This document shows, in pieces, positions 36,431 to 45,946 of a stretch of DNA of 56,803 nt. This DNA is from Candidatus Omnitrophota bacterium (GTDB taxonomy: Bacteria; Omnitrophota; Gorgyraeia; JAGLLT01): assembly GCA_023140385.1 (NCBI GenBank), contig JAGLLT010000015.1, positions 1 through 56,803 on the forward strand, given 5' to 3'. Below the pieces are notes generated by a model. It was not told the origin of the DNA. It worked only from the letters and a program-made list of their open reading frames with translations, and made no database searches. The number at the start of each line of letters is the position of its first letter. Position 1 is the first letter of the stretch. The translations under genes and the position numbers were made by a program.

Positions 36431-37335
36431 ATCAATCCTTAGAATGGCCTAAATGTAATCTATGCGGGGAAGATAATTTCAGTATTCTATTTAAAGAAGA
36501 AGGAATAAACGTTGTTAAATGCAAAATCTGCGGTTTAGTTTATAAGACCCCCCGGCGCGCCCTACAGAATGAATTGGAAATCTACAGAACATATCCGCTG
36601 GCCAGAGAAAGCAAAGAAAACTATATTAAAAAAAGAATGGTCTTATTTAAGTATTTACTGTATAAGGTAAATCAGCGCGCAAAGAAAGGAAAGCTGCTTG
36701 ATCTCGGTTGTCAGTTTGGATATTTTCTCGATTTGGCCAGAAGGGAAGGTTGGCAGGTTTTCGGAGTAGATGTTTCCGGGGAGGCTATCGCCTTTGCTAA
36801 GGAAAAACTGGGGCTGAATGTTTATGAGGGAACACTAAAAGAAGCTAAATTTCCAGACGATTTTTTTGATGTGATTACTTTATGGGACGCGTTGGAGCAT
36901 TTAAGCGATCCTTTCGCGGAATTACTGGAGATAAAAAGAATATTAAAAGGAGGCGGACAGCTCGTTTTTAGAGATCGTAACGCGGCTTCCCATGTTAAGG
37001 TTCGTCTTATGTTTGGAAATTTGGCTAAGAAGTTAAAAATTAACCCGACCGTTTTTCATCTTTGCACCTTTTCAGCTAAGACAGCAAAAATGATATTGAA
37101 AAAGGCCGGTTTTGAAGATATTAAAGTGATAAATTCCAAGCTGACAATTGGCGACCCCTTTGGCGCGGGAAGGATATTTGGCCAATTTGGCGTAAAACAG
37201 ATAAAAAAGATTACTTATTCTTTATCTCAACTTATATTCTATTTATCAGGCGGCTTAGCGGTTGTGGGGCCTTCGCTTTTAGCCTTTGCTAAAAAACCAC
37301 AAGATGATTCCGGGAAAGATTATGCCAAAAATTAA
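36427..37335 (+). CDS. Zinc-ribbon SAM methyltransferase (paralog set A, member 3)
   Basis: CNLCGE...CKICGLVYKTP, LLDLGCQFGYF, ITLWDALEHL. Confidence 0.7.
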   Translation: MNQSLEWPKCNLCGEDNFSILFKEEGINVVKCKICGLVYKTPRRALQNELEIYRTYPLARESKENYIKKRMVLFKYLLYKVNQRAKKGKLLDLGCQFGYFLDLARREGWQVFGVDVSGEAIAFAKEKLGLNVYEGTLKEAKFPDDFFDVITLWDALEHLSDPFAELLEIKRILKGGGQLVFRDRNAASHVKVRLMFGNLAKKLKINPTVFHLCTFSAKTAKMILKKAGFEDIKVINSKLTIGDPFGAGRIFGQFGVKQIKKITYSLSQLIFYLSGGLAVVGPSLLAFAKKPQDDSGKDYAKN

Positions 37336-38485
37336 AGTACTGCACATTATTACCAGACTTGATAAAGGAGGTTCGGCGGAAAATACTTTACTTACTGTCT
37401 CCGGAGTAAATAAAGAGAAGTTCAAGACAACCTTGATTAGCGGCAATACAAACGACCCTCGTAAGGAAATAGCCGATTTTATTACTCAAGAAAAGATCGA
37501 TTATATTTTGCTTCCTGAATTAATAAGACAAATTGCCTTTTTGAAGGATATAAAGGCATTCTGGAAGATATATGGTTTTATTAAAAAAGGAGGATTTGAC
37601 ATAGTTCACACTCATACTTCCAAAGCGGGTATACTTGGCCGGTGGGCGGCGAAGCTGGCCAAAGTTAAAATAATCATTCACACACCGCATGGACATATAT
37701 TTTATGGATACTTCGGCTGGTTTAAAACTAAATTATTTATTTACTTAGAGAGATTAACCGCCTTAATTACGGATAGGATAATCACCCTTACGCAAAGAGG
37801 AAAAAGGGAACATCTGAGATATAGAGTGGCCGGGCCGGACAAATTTGTTTCTATATACAGCGGGATTGAAGTAGAGAAGTTTACTAATTTCAAAATTGAC
37901 ATAATTAAGGAAAGAGAAAAATTGAATATTCCCTCTGACGCGCTTGTTATAGGCGTGGCCGGCCGGCTTGAACCGGTTAAGGGGAATAAATACTTTATAT
38001 CCTGCCTGCCCGATGTGGTTAAAGTTTTTCCCGCCTTGAAAGTTTTTATTGTGGGGGGCGGGAGCCGGAGAGAAAGACTGGAGCAATATGTAAAAAATTT
38101 AAATCTTTCAAAAAATGTTATTTTTAAAGGGGAATGCGATGACATTCGCCGGATAGTAAGCAGTTTTGATGTTTTTGTCTCATCTTCTTTAAACGAAGGT
38201 ATGGGCCGGTGTTTATTAGAGGCCCAGGCCTTAGGCGTGCCAATCGCGGCAACTAATGTAGGAGGCGTTTCTGAGGTGGTTAAAGACGGCCTAACCGGCA
38301 TTTTAGTTCCGGCGCGCAATCCAAAAGCTATGGCGGAGGCCGTAATTAATTTACTAAAAAGCAAATCCATAAGGCGGGACATGTCAAGGCAGGCCAAAAA
38401 ATGGATAGGTGATAAATTTAGCGTTAAGGTTATGGTCGAAAAGATTACTGATTTATACGAAGAACTTATGAAGGAAAAGCAATGA
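37322..38485 (+). CDS. GT4-family glycosyltransferase
   Basis: KVLHIITRLDKGGSAEN N-terminus and C-terminal EGMGRCLLEAQALGVPIAATNVGG...GLTG (EX7E region). I prefer the ATG at 37322 over the ORF-track start at 37286. Confidence 0.8.
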   Translation: MPKIKVLHIITRLDKGGSAENTLLTVSGVNKEKFKTTLISGNTNDPRKEIADFITQEKIDYILLPELIRQIAFLKDIKAFWKIYGFIKKGGFDIVHTHTSKAGILGRWAAKLAKVKIIIHTPHGHIFYGYFGWFKTKLFIYLERLTALITDRIITLTQRGKREHLRYRVAGPDKFVSIYSGIEVEKFTNFKIDIIKEREKLNIPSDALVIGVAGRLEPVKGNKYFISCLPDVVKVFPALKVFIVGGGSRRERLEQYVKNLNLSKNVIFKGECDDIRRIVSSFDVFVSSSLNEGMGRCLLEAQALGVPIAATNVGGVSEVVKDGLTGILVPARNPKAMAEAVINLLKSKSIRRDMSRQAKKWIGDKFSVKVMVEKITDLYEELMKEKQ

Positions 38486-39975
38486 CTTGCCTTAAAGGAG
38501 GTTTCTTGAAATTAATTTTAGCATTGGTTATCCTGGGCTGTTTTTGCGGCGCAAGCAGCGGCCGGGAATTAATTCAGGCGCCGGCGGCTATACAACTTAG
38601 CTCTACCGTCAGCGATGGAAAGCATACTATCCCTGAGATTATAAAGATTGCGAAACAAAACGGCGTCAAGATAGTGATTTTAACCGACTGTGATTTTATG
38701 AGGTGGCAATATGGATTATGGCCGCTGCGAAAGATAATTAAAAAGACCGTGGAAAACAACTCCGTCTCTAACTATGGAATAAAGCGTTATCTTAAGGAAA
38801 TAGAAGAGGCGCAAAAGAGAAATCCTGATTTAGCAATAATTCCCGGCGTGGAATCCGCGCCTTTTTATTATTGGAGCGGCAGTTTATTTGAAAATAATCT
38901 TAAAATGCATAATTGGTATAAGCATATGTTAGTTATTGGATTGGAGAAAGCCGGTGATTACAGAAATTTGCCCTCTGTTTCTAATAACTATGGCCTTCTC
39001 CTGCCTTTTGCGTTTAAAGATGTCTGGCGTTTGTGGCCGATTTTGATTTTGATAGCGGGAGTTCTATGTTTTAAGAGGAGGAAATTCAATTATAAGGACT
39101 TAAGGGGCCACACATTAGGGCCTTGCTCGCGGGGATGGCAGGCGGTTGGGATTGTTGTTATAATGTTTAGTCTGCTATTTTTGTTTAATAATTTTCCTTT
39201 TTGCCGCTATAAGTACGACCAGTATCATGGAGAGCGGGGAATCGGGCCTTATCAGAACTTTATTGACTATGTTAATGAGAAGGAAGGATTGACTTTTTGG
39301 GCTCATCCTGAGGCGGAGTATATTGGAAGAAGAGGGGACGTAGATATAGAGACCAATGAGTACGCGGATCATCTTTTGCAGGCTCGCGATTACACCGGTT
39401 TTACTGTATTTTATGAAGGATATGAAAAGATAGGGTGTCCGGGAGGAATATGGGACGAAGTTCTTAAAGAATACTGTCAAAATAAGCGAAAGGCGCCGGT
39501 ATGGGCCATAGGCGGGTTGTGCTTTGATCAGATAGGAAGTCTGGATGAGAATATAAAAAACTTGCGCACTATATTCTTAATGCCTCGTTTAACCAAAACA
39601 GCAGCCTTAAAGGCGTTGAGAGAAGGAAGGATGTATGTAGTAGGAGGAAGAAGAGAATTAAGATTGGATAAGTTTATTATTAAAGACAGCTTTTCAGAGA
39701 CAGAAGGAACTATGGGCAATGAGATAGATTTAAAAGGTAAGGCGGTAATTGAATTGAGCGGCCATTTTTTAGAGGGAGAAGCCGGAGGCGCGGATAGGGT
39801 AAAAATTAAATTAATAAGGAATGGGATTGTTATTAAAACATTTGAGACTGCCAGTCCTTTTGACATAGAATATGAAGATGATTATTTTAAGGAAGATGAG
39901 AAAATATATTACCGCTTAGAAATTAATTACTCGGAAGGAATACTCGTATCTAATCCTGTATTTCTAAAATTTTAA
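38482..39975 (+). CDS. Secreted/membrane protein with a degenerate PHP-like (metal-dependent phosphoesterase) N-terminal region
   Basis: Signal/lipobox-like LVILGCFCG. SSTVSDGKHTIPEIIKIAKQNGVKIVILTDCD resembles the PHP H-x-H-S..SDG...TDHD region but lacks the His residues. Later GVES and AHPE. Two internal TM segments. Confidence 0.35.
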   Translation: MTCLKGGFLKLILALVILGCFCGASSGRELIQAPAAIQLSSTVSDGKHTIPEIIKIAKQNGVKIVILTDCDFMRWQYGLWPLRKIIKKTVENNSVSNYGIKRYLKEIEEAQKRNPDLAIIPGVESAPFYYWSGSLFENNLKMHNWYKHMLVIGLEKAGDYRNLPSVSNNYGLLLPFAFKDVWRLWPILILIAGVLCFKRRKFNYKDLRGHTLGPCSRGWQAVGIVVIMFSLLFLFNNFPFCRYKYDQYHGERGIGPYQNFIDYVNEKEGLTFWAHPEAEYIGRRGDVDIETNEYADHLLQARDYTGFTVFYEGYEKIGCPGGIWDEVLKEYCQNKRKAPVWAIGGLCFDQIGSLDENIKNLRTIFLMPRLTKTAALKALREGRMYVVGGRRELRLDKFIIKDSFSETEGTMGNEIDLKGKAVIELSGHFLEGEAGGADRVKIKLIRNGIVIKTFETASPFDIEYEDDYFKEDEKIYYRLEINYSEGILVSNPVFLKF

Positions 39976-40006
39976 CGTTTGATAAAATATTTATGGTATA
40001 ATAAAA

Positions 40007-40699
40007 ATGATTTTAACTATACATCAACCACAATATATTCCCTGGATAGGCTATTTTGATAAAATAGACAAAGCCGATAAATTTGTCATTTTAGATGATG
40101 TTCAATATAAAAAGAATGAGTGGCAGAACCGGAATAAAGTACGCGCTGCCAAGGGAGGACGGTGGTTTACCGTACCGGTCATATACAAGTTTGGACAAAA
40201 GATAAATGAAGTCAAGATAGATAATAGCAAAAACTGGCGAAAAAAACATTACAAAACCTTAATTATCAATTACAATAAAACGCCTTATTTCAAGAATCAC
40301 GAACCGTTCTTTAGAAAGAGCTATGAATGTAATTGGGAATACCTGGTGGATATAAATATTCATTTTATCAAATATTTAATAAAGTCATTAGGCATAACCA
40401 CTAAATTGATGAGGTCATCATCATTGGCCATAAAAGGACAGAGGACGGAAAGGTTAGTAGAGATTTGTAAAAAATTAGAAGCAAATACTTACATTTCCGG
40501 TGAGGGGGCAAGAGCGTACCTTGATTTGAGCCGTTTTAAGCAAAGTAAGATTGAGGTCATATTCCAAAACTTTCAACACCCTATTTATACTCAGGCTTAT
40601 GATAATTTTGAACCATTTATGTCCGTAGTGGATTTACTATTTAATTGCGGAGATGAAAGTTTAAAAGTACTAAGAGGAGAAAGTAACAAAAACATTTAG
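40007..40699 (+). CDS. WbqC-family protein
   Basis: The N-terminus MILTIHQPQYIPWIGYFDKI is the hallmark start of WbqC-like proteins found in O-antigen and aminosugar loci. Confidence 0.75.
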   Translation: MILTIHQPQYIPWIGYFDKIDKADKFVILDDVQYKKNEWQNRNKVRAAKGGRWFTVPVIYKFGQKINEVKIDNSKNWRKKHYKTLIINYNKTPYFKNHEPFFRKSYECNWEYLVDINIHFIKYLIKSLGITTKLMRSSSLAIKGQRTERLVEICKKLEANTYISGEGARAYLDLSRFKQSKIEVIFQNFQHPIYTQAYDNFEPFMSVVDLLFNCGDESLKVLRGESNKNI

Positions 40700-40715
40700 T
40701 GAGGCGAGCTTAGAT

Positions 40716-41531
40716 ATGTACGAAGAATATTGGAATTTGACAGAAAGTCCGTTTGAGAATACTCCCGATCCTCGATTTCTATACTATTCCAAAGAGCACG
40801 AAGAAGGCCTGTCTCGGCTTCTTTATGCCGTTGAGAGAAGAAAGGGCGCGGCTATGCTGACAGGTGTCTTTGGCTGCGGCAAGACAGTTTTAGGAAGGGC
40901 CCTTTTAGCTCAACTTAGCAAAAATGTTTATCAGGTAGCTCTCATAAATAATTCCCACTTAAAATCCATTGAACTCCTAAGATCTATAGCCCGGCAGTTA
41001 GGAGCGGAAAATCTTCCGGAGAAGCTGACCGAAATGTCCGCGGATCATTTTCTCCAGGTCATTGAAGAGATACTGCTTAATAATGTAAGAGACGGAAAGG
41101 AAACGTTGATAGTAATTGATGAAGCGCATGTTATAACAGATAATGATATTTTTGAAGAGCTGCGGTTATTATTAAATTTTCAATCTGAAGATAGATTTTT
41201 ACTTACCTTAATTCTAATGGGACAACCGGAGCTGGCGGAAAGAATAAAGAAAAATAAACAATTTTCCCAGCGCATAGCCATAGGATATAATCTTGGGCCT
41301 TTGAACCAGATAGAGACGGGAAATTATGTTAAGCATCGCCTCAAAATAGCGGGAGCTCAAAAACAAATTTTCAGCCCGGAGTCAATTAAACCTATTTTTA
41401 AAAATTCAGGCGGAATACCCCGGCGCATAAATAAACTTTGTGATATGTGTTTGGCAACAGGTTTTAATTATGGAGTCAGGATAATAGATGAAGCGATTGT
41501 AGAGGAAGTCGCGGAAAGTTTTGGGGTGTAG
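40716..41531 (+). CDS. ExeA/GspA-like AAA ATPase, copy 2
   Basis: Same length (271 aa) and same motifs as 7227-8042: MYEEYW..PF.NTPDPRF, GVFGCGKT, IVIDEAH, GQPEL, GGIPRRIN. Confidence 0.8.
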   Translation: MYEEYWNLTESPFENTPDPRFLYYSKEHEEGLSRLLYAVERRKGAAMLTGVFGCGKTVLGRALLAQLSKNVYQVALINNSHLKSIELLRSIARQLGAENLPEKLTEMSADHFLQVIEEILLNNVRDGKETLIVIDEAHVITDNDIFEELRLLLNFQSEDRFLLTLILMGQPELAERIKKNKQFSQRIAIGYNLGPLNQIETGNYVKHRLKIAGAQKQIFSPESIKPIFKNSGGIPRRINKLCDMCLATGFNYGVRIIDEAIVEEVAESFGV

Positions 41532-41669
41532 TACGTATAAGCTATGGTTGTGATTTGGTTTTATTCTCCGCTTTTGAAAAAGGGCCGGCTGTAATTAAAA
41601 GGAGATATTATAAAAGATGTATCCGGTGATTTGTAAGGCTAAAGTGCCTATAGAAGGAGGGCTAAAACA

Positions 41670-42284
41670 ATGAATATACTGGCTATTGGCGCGCACCCCG
41701 ATGATATTGAGTTCGGCTGTGGAGGAACTTTACTCAAATACGCGCGAAAGGGTCACAAGGTGTATCTTCTAATTTTAACTAAGGGCGGCGTGGGAGGAGC
41801 CACCGAGGTTAGAAAAAGAGAGCAGGAAAACGCGATAAAATTTATGAAAGCTAAACAGGTTTTCTGGGGAGATTTTCATGATACTGAACTTCCGGTTAAT
41901 AAGGAACTAATTTCCGCGATTGAGAATGTTATAAATAAAATAAAACCCATGGTTGTTTTCTTTAATTACTCTGATGATACCCATCAGGACCACAGGGTAG
42001 CGGCCCAGGCCGGCACTTCAGCTACAAGATATATAAAAGAGGTGTTGTGTTATGAAGTCCCCACCAGCCAGAATTTCCAGCCTAACATATTTGTAGATAT
42101 TGGAGATGTATTAGACAAAAAATTGGAACTGCTGAAAATGCATACCTCCCAGGTTAATAGAACAAGAGTTGAGAATTTGACAATTTTAGAAAGCGCCCAG
42201 TCTTGCGCTGTTTTCCGCGGCTATCAGGGAAGAGTAAAATACGCGGAGGGATTTAGAGCTATCAGAATAATGAAGGAGATTTAA
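41670..42284 (+). CDS. PIG-L / LmbE-family N-acetylglucosaminyl deacetylase
   Basis: ILAIGAHPDDIEFGCGGT and HQDH motifs. Confidence 0.85.
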   Translation: MNILAIGAHPDDIEFGCGGTLLKYARKGHKVYLLILTKGGVGGATEVRKREQENAIKFMKAKQVFWGDFHDTELPVNKELISAIENVINKIKPMVVFFNYSDDTHQDHRVAAQAGTSATRYIKEVLCYEVPTSQNFQPNIFVDIGDVLDKKLELLKMHTSQVNRTRVENLTILESAQSCAVFRGYQGRVKYAEGFRAIRIMKEI

Positions 42285-42288
42285 ACTT

Positions 42289-43356
42289 ATGCGGTTAGTA
42301 GTGATTTTTTCATTCTCTTTTTTAATTGCGTATCTTTCTACGCCCCTCTTTAGAAAATTAGCTTTAAAATTTAAGATTTTAGACAAGCCGGGCCGCAGAA
42401 AGATACACAAAAAATCCATCCCTCTTTTGGGGGGATTAGCTGTTTACTTATCCATGATATTGGGGTTTGCCTTAAACTTCACGAATCTACGTTCTCTTTT
42501 AGGGATATTAATAGGCGCTACCCTAATATTAATAATGGGTGTAATAGATGATATCAGGGGATTATCCGCTCAGTTTCGGTTAGTGGGCCAAGTTATAGCC
42601 GCGCTGATAATAATTAGCTTTGGAATTCGCCTCAGTTTTTTACCTGATAACTTGTGGGGTAACGCGGGAGAGATACTCTTGACTTTAATCTGGATAGTAG
42701 GCATTACCAATGCCTTTAATTGTTTGGATGGAATAGACGGTTTGGCATCAGGAACCGCCGCTGTAAGCGCTCTTTTCTTTTCTATTATTTCCTATCAGAC
42801 CCATCAGCCCTTAGTCGGCTTAACGGCTCTGATTTTAATGGCGGGCTGTTTGGGTTTTTTACCGCATAATCTTAAAAAAGAGAAGATATTTTTGGGAGAT
42901 GGCGGTAGTACATTTATTGGTTTTATTCTCGCGGGTATAGCCATATTGGGTAATTGGGCGGAAGATAATGTAGTGAAGCTGATAATACCTGTTTTAATTT
43001 TGGGAGTTCCCATTTTCGATATGACATTTACTACCATAATGAGAATCAGAAAAGAGAAAATTAGTTCTATCGTAGAATGGCTTAAATACGCGGGGAAAGA
43101 CCATTTTCATCACTACCTCATAGATTTAGGACTCTATCAGGAAGGAGCAATGCTTTTTATTTGTTTCATTAGTGTCTCTTTTGGTATTAGCGCGATTATG
43201 GTAAGTAATGAAAATGCCGTAGTCGGCTTTTTTTCAATTCTGCAGGCTTTTATTATTTTCGCGGGCATCGCTATTTTGATGATAGTCGGCAAAAGACGCC
43301 GCGGCAGGCGGCATATCCATAATAAAAATCAGGAGACACTGGACTCGCCCAAGTAA
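42289..43356 (+). CDS. MraY/WecA-family polyprenyl-phosphate N-acetylhexosamine-1-phosphate transferase (initiating transferase)
   Basis: GVIDDI, NAFNCLDGIDGLA, FLGDGGSTFIGF, and about 10 TM helices. Confidence 0.85.
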   Translation: MRLVVIFSFSFLIAYLSTPLFRKLALKFKILDKPGRRKIHKKSIPLLGGLAVYLSMILGFALNFTNLRSLLGILIGATLILIMGVIDDIRGLSAQFRLVGQVIAALIIISFGIRLSFLPDNLWGNAGEILLTLIWIVGITNAFNCLDGIDGLASGTAAVSALFFSIISYQTHQPLVGLTALILMAGCLGFLPHNLKKEKIFLGDGGSTFIGFILAGIAILGNWAEDNVVKLIIPVLILGVPIFDMTFTTIMRIRKEKISSIVEWLKYAGKDHFHHYLIDLGLYQEGAMLFICFISVSFGISAIMVSNENAVVGFFSILQAFIIFAGIAILMIVGKRRRGRRHIHNKNQETLDSPK

Positions 43357-43465
43357 AATGGACACTTAATAAACAAGATTTTTCCTCTCAAATTTCACAG
43401 GACTCAAATAGTCCAATGTCCCCCGATTTTCATCCAGAATTCGGTATGCAGGCCAAGGGTTTGCT

Positions 43466-43744
43466 ATGAAAAGGAAAATTAAGCGCAGTGGTGCGTTTTA
43501 TGTTTATATCCTTGAATGTGGTGACGGAACGTATTATACTGGGTATACGAACGACATAGAGAAGCGCGTTGCTGAGCATAATAACAGTAAGCGTGGAGCT
43601 AAGTATACCAAATATAAACGTCCGGTTAAGTTGGTGTGGTGTAAGGAGTATAGGTACTTTAGATGGGCAGTCAGGAAAGAACGAGCAATAAAAAAGCTAA
43701 GGCGGTATCAGAAAGAAGAGTTAATTAATGAAAGACAAAGATAA
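43466..43744 (+). CDS. GIY-YIG nuclease-family protein (small stand-alone type)
   Basis: [29 protein letters not shown]. Confidence 0.85.
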   Translation: MKRKIKRSGAFYVYILECGDGTYYTGYTNDIEKRVAEHNNSKRGAKYTKYKRPVKLVWCKEYRYFRWAVRKERAIKKLRRYQKEELINERQR

Positions 43745-45152
43745 TAATATAAAGGATATAACTCCAAACTCTATGCGGTTGAAAAATCTGTCAAAGGCAC
43801 ATTTTTCTAACCAGAGTTCGGAGTGCCATCCAAAAGTTTTTATAAAGACATTTGGATGTCAAATGAACGACTACGACTCTGAAATTTTGCGGGGGATACT
43901 TCGGAAGAGGGGGTTTGTGGTTAGCGGAGATTTGGAGTCGGCGGATATTGTGCTTTTTAATACTTGCAGTGTGAGGGAGCACGCGGAGAGGCGAGTTTAT
44001 GGGCAGATAGCTTCGCTGGCACATGGCAAAGGGCAAATGACAAATGGCAAAATGATAGGGCTCGTAGGCTGTATGGCGCAGGCCCATAAAGAGAAGATAT
44101 TGAAGGATTTGCCTTATGTAGACCTGGTCTGCGGGCCGCAGCATATATATCAGATTCCGGATTATTTAGAAGATATTATTTTAAACAAAAAGAAGATTGT
44201 GGCGGTTGATGAAAAACAAAGGCCTGCTGACAGAGAAAACCACGACTTTAGGGATGAGACAAAAAGAATCAAGGCTTATGTTACTATTATGGAAGGCTGT
44301 AATAATTTCTGCTCCTACTGCATTGTGCCTTATGTCCGGGGCCGGGAAAAAAGCAGGCCGCCCGAACTTATTATAAAGGAAATTACCTCTCTTTTAAAAA
44401 GAGGCATCAAGGAGATTACCCTTTTAGGACAGAATGTCAACTCCTACGGCAAGGATATCGCGGGAGGATACTCCTTTTGCGACTTGTTAAAGAAGATAGA
44501 TGCTATCGGCGACCTGAGGAGGCTGAGGTTTGTAACCAGCCATCCTAAAGACGCGGAGGAAGAGATGTTCAGGGCGATGGCTAAGTTACCTACTATTTGT
44601 GAATCTCTGCACCTGCCTGTTCAGTCCGGTTCTGACAGGATATTGAAATGTATGAACAGAAAATACTCAAAGGATGATTATCTTAGAAAGATTGAACTAT
44701 TAAGGAAAATTGTGCCGGGCTGTTCTTTGAGTACGGACATTATTGTAGGCTACCCGGGAGAGACGGATGAAGATTTTAGGCAGACGGTGGAGATTATCAA
44801 GCAGGTTAGGTATGATACCGCCTACATATTTAAGTACTCCCCCAGGCCATTGACAAGGGCTGCCGGTTTAGAGGATGATGTGCCCCAAAGCGTAAAAGAA
44901 GAGAGAAATCAGGAACTGCTTAATCTTCAGAAAAAGATTGTTCGCTGTAACAACGAGAAGTACCGCAATAAAGAATTGGGAGTGCTGGTTGAGTCTGCCA
45001 GTGATAAGGATGAGAAGTTCTTGGTAGGCAGGAGCCGCACAGGCAAGATGGTTGTCTTTGAAGGCCCCAGGGAATTAATTGGTAAAATCATCGGGGTTCG
45101 GGTAGGCGAAGTTAATACATCGACATTATCAGGGGAGTGGGCAAGGCTATGA
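43728..45152 (+). CDS. miaB: tRNA-2-methylthio-N6-dimethylallyladenosine synthase
   Basis: UPF0004 domain [15 protein letters not shown], radical [12 protein letters not shown]-terminal TRAM domain. Confidence 0.9.
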   Translation: MKDKDNNIKDITPNSMRLKNLSKAHFSNQSSECHPKVFIKTFGCQMNDYDSEILRGILRKRGFVVSGDLESADIVLFNTCSVREHAERRVYGQIASLAHGKGQMTNGKMIGLVGCMAQAHKEKILKDLPYVDLVCGPQHIYQIPDYLEDIILNKKKIVAVDEKQRPADRENHDFRDETKRIKAYVTIMEGCNNFCSYCIVPYVRGREKSRPPELIIKEITSLLKRGIKEITLLGQNVNSYGKDIAGGYSFCDLLKKIDAIGDLRRLRFVTSHPKDAEEEMFRAMAKLPTICESLHLPVQSGSDRILKCMNRKYSKDDYLRKIELLRKIVPGCSLSTDIIVGYPGETDEDFRQTVEIIKQVRYDTAYIFKYSPRPLTRAAGLEDDVPQSVKEERNQELLNLQKKIVRCNNEKYRNKELGVLVESASDKDEKFLVGRSRTGKMVVFEGPRELIGKIIGVRVGEVNTSTLSGEWARL

Positions 45153-45925
45153 GAAATGGGAAGCTATACTTGTATATAGTTGTGATTTTGGCGGTTTTCT
45201 GCGGGCCTGGCAACAGGCTGATTGTGTCTGCTGAAGAAATTTCCGGCTTGGAAAGCTTGGTGCTTAGGGAAGAATATGCGGAAGGTGTTAATTGCGGAAA
45301 GAAGCTGCTTAATCAGAGCTTTTCTTTAAATAAGAGAAGAAAAATTTATTATTTGACGGGGTTGTCTTATTTGAAATTGGGGAGCAGCGTTAAAGCAAAA
45401 AGGTACTTTAAGAAAGCTATAACCAAAAAGGCCGACTCCATTACCCTTAACTCAATTATCGGCATAGCCGATGCTTATTACGCCGAGAAGCAGTATCTTG
45501 ATGCCATAAAAAGGTACGATTATATTTTGTCTAAGTACAAAAACACGGGACATGAGGCTAATGTATGTTATAAATTAGCGCGGAGCTACCTAAGGACAGG
45601 AGGCTGGCGCGATTCAAAGAAGTATTTCAGGCGGACGGAGAAGCGATACCCTTTAAGTTTTGAAAGCGGGCTAGCCAGGGACATACTGAAAGAAAACGCC
45701 TTTTACTTTACGGTTCAGGTAGGTTCTTTTGGCAACAGTCTCAACGCGGACAAGCTTTGCCGTAAGTTGAAAAAAAGAAAGTATCCTGTTTTTGTTGATA
45801 AAGTCATAAATGAATCAATAACCTTTTACCGGGTAAGGGTCGGGAAGTTTAATACCAAAAAAGAGGCCCGCCTCCAGGAGCAAAAGTTAAAAAAGATAAG
45901 CCTACCCACCAGGATTTATCCGTAA
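45149..45925 (+). CDS. TPR-repeat plus C-terminal SPOR-domain (peptidoglycan-binding) protein
   Basis: Signal/anchor LYLYIVVILAVF, TPR-like helices, SPOR pattern FYFTVQVGSFGN...A..L...L ... FYRVRVGKF....A. The ATG at 45149 overlaps the miaB stop (ATGA). Confidence 0.7.
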   Translation: MRNGKLYLYIVVILAVFCGPGNRLIVSAEEISGLESLVLREEYAEGVNCGKKLLNQSFSLNKRRKIYYLTGLSYLKLGSSVKAKRYFKKAITKKADSITLNSIIGIADAYYAEKQYLDAIKRYDYILSKYKNTGHEANVCYKLARSYLRTGGWRDSKKYFRRTEKRYPLSFESGLARDILKENAFYFTVQVGSFGNSLNADKLCRKLKKRKYPVFVDKVINESITFYRVRVGKFNTKKEARLQEQKLKKISLPTRIYP

Positions 45926-45946
45926 GCAGAAGACAGAATAAATAAA

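Noticed and set aside
37741-38397. A 218-aa minus-strand ORF (and 37763-38086) inside the GT4 gene
   Set aside because: It is entirely antisense to a well-supported glycosyltransferase with clear motifs. The same applies to the other internal antisense or alternative-frame ORFs in the track, such as 3042-3299, 3409-3606, 6460-6756, 7125-7469, 7642-8076, 10827-11174, 11355-11669, 43791-44144, 47234-47548, 50209-50541 and 52917-53321.
6850-43356. The polysaccharide locus as a mobile genomic island
   Set aside because: I saw no integrase, transposase, tRNA attachment site or flanking direct repeats. The lower-GC impression relative to the housekeeping block is qualitative only, and AT-rich membrane-protein genes could explain it.
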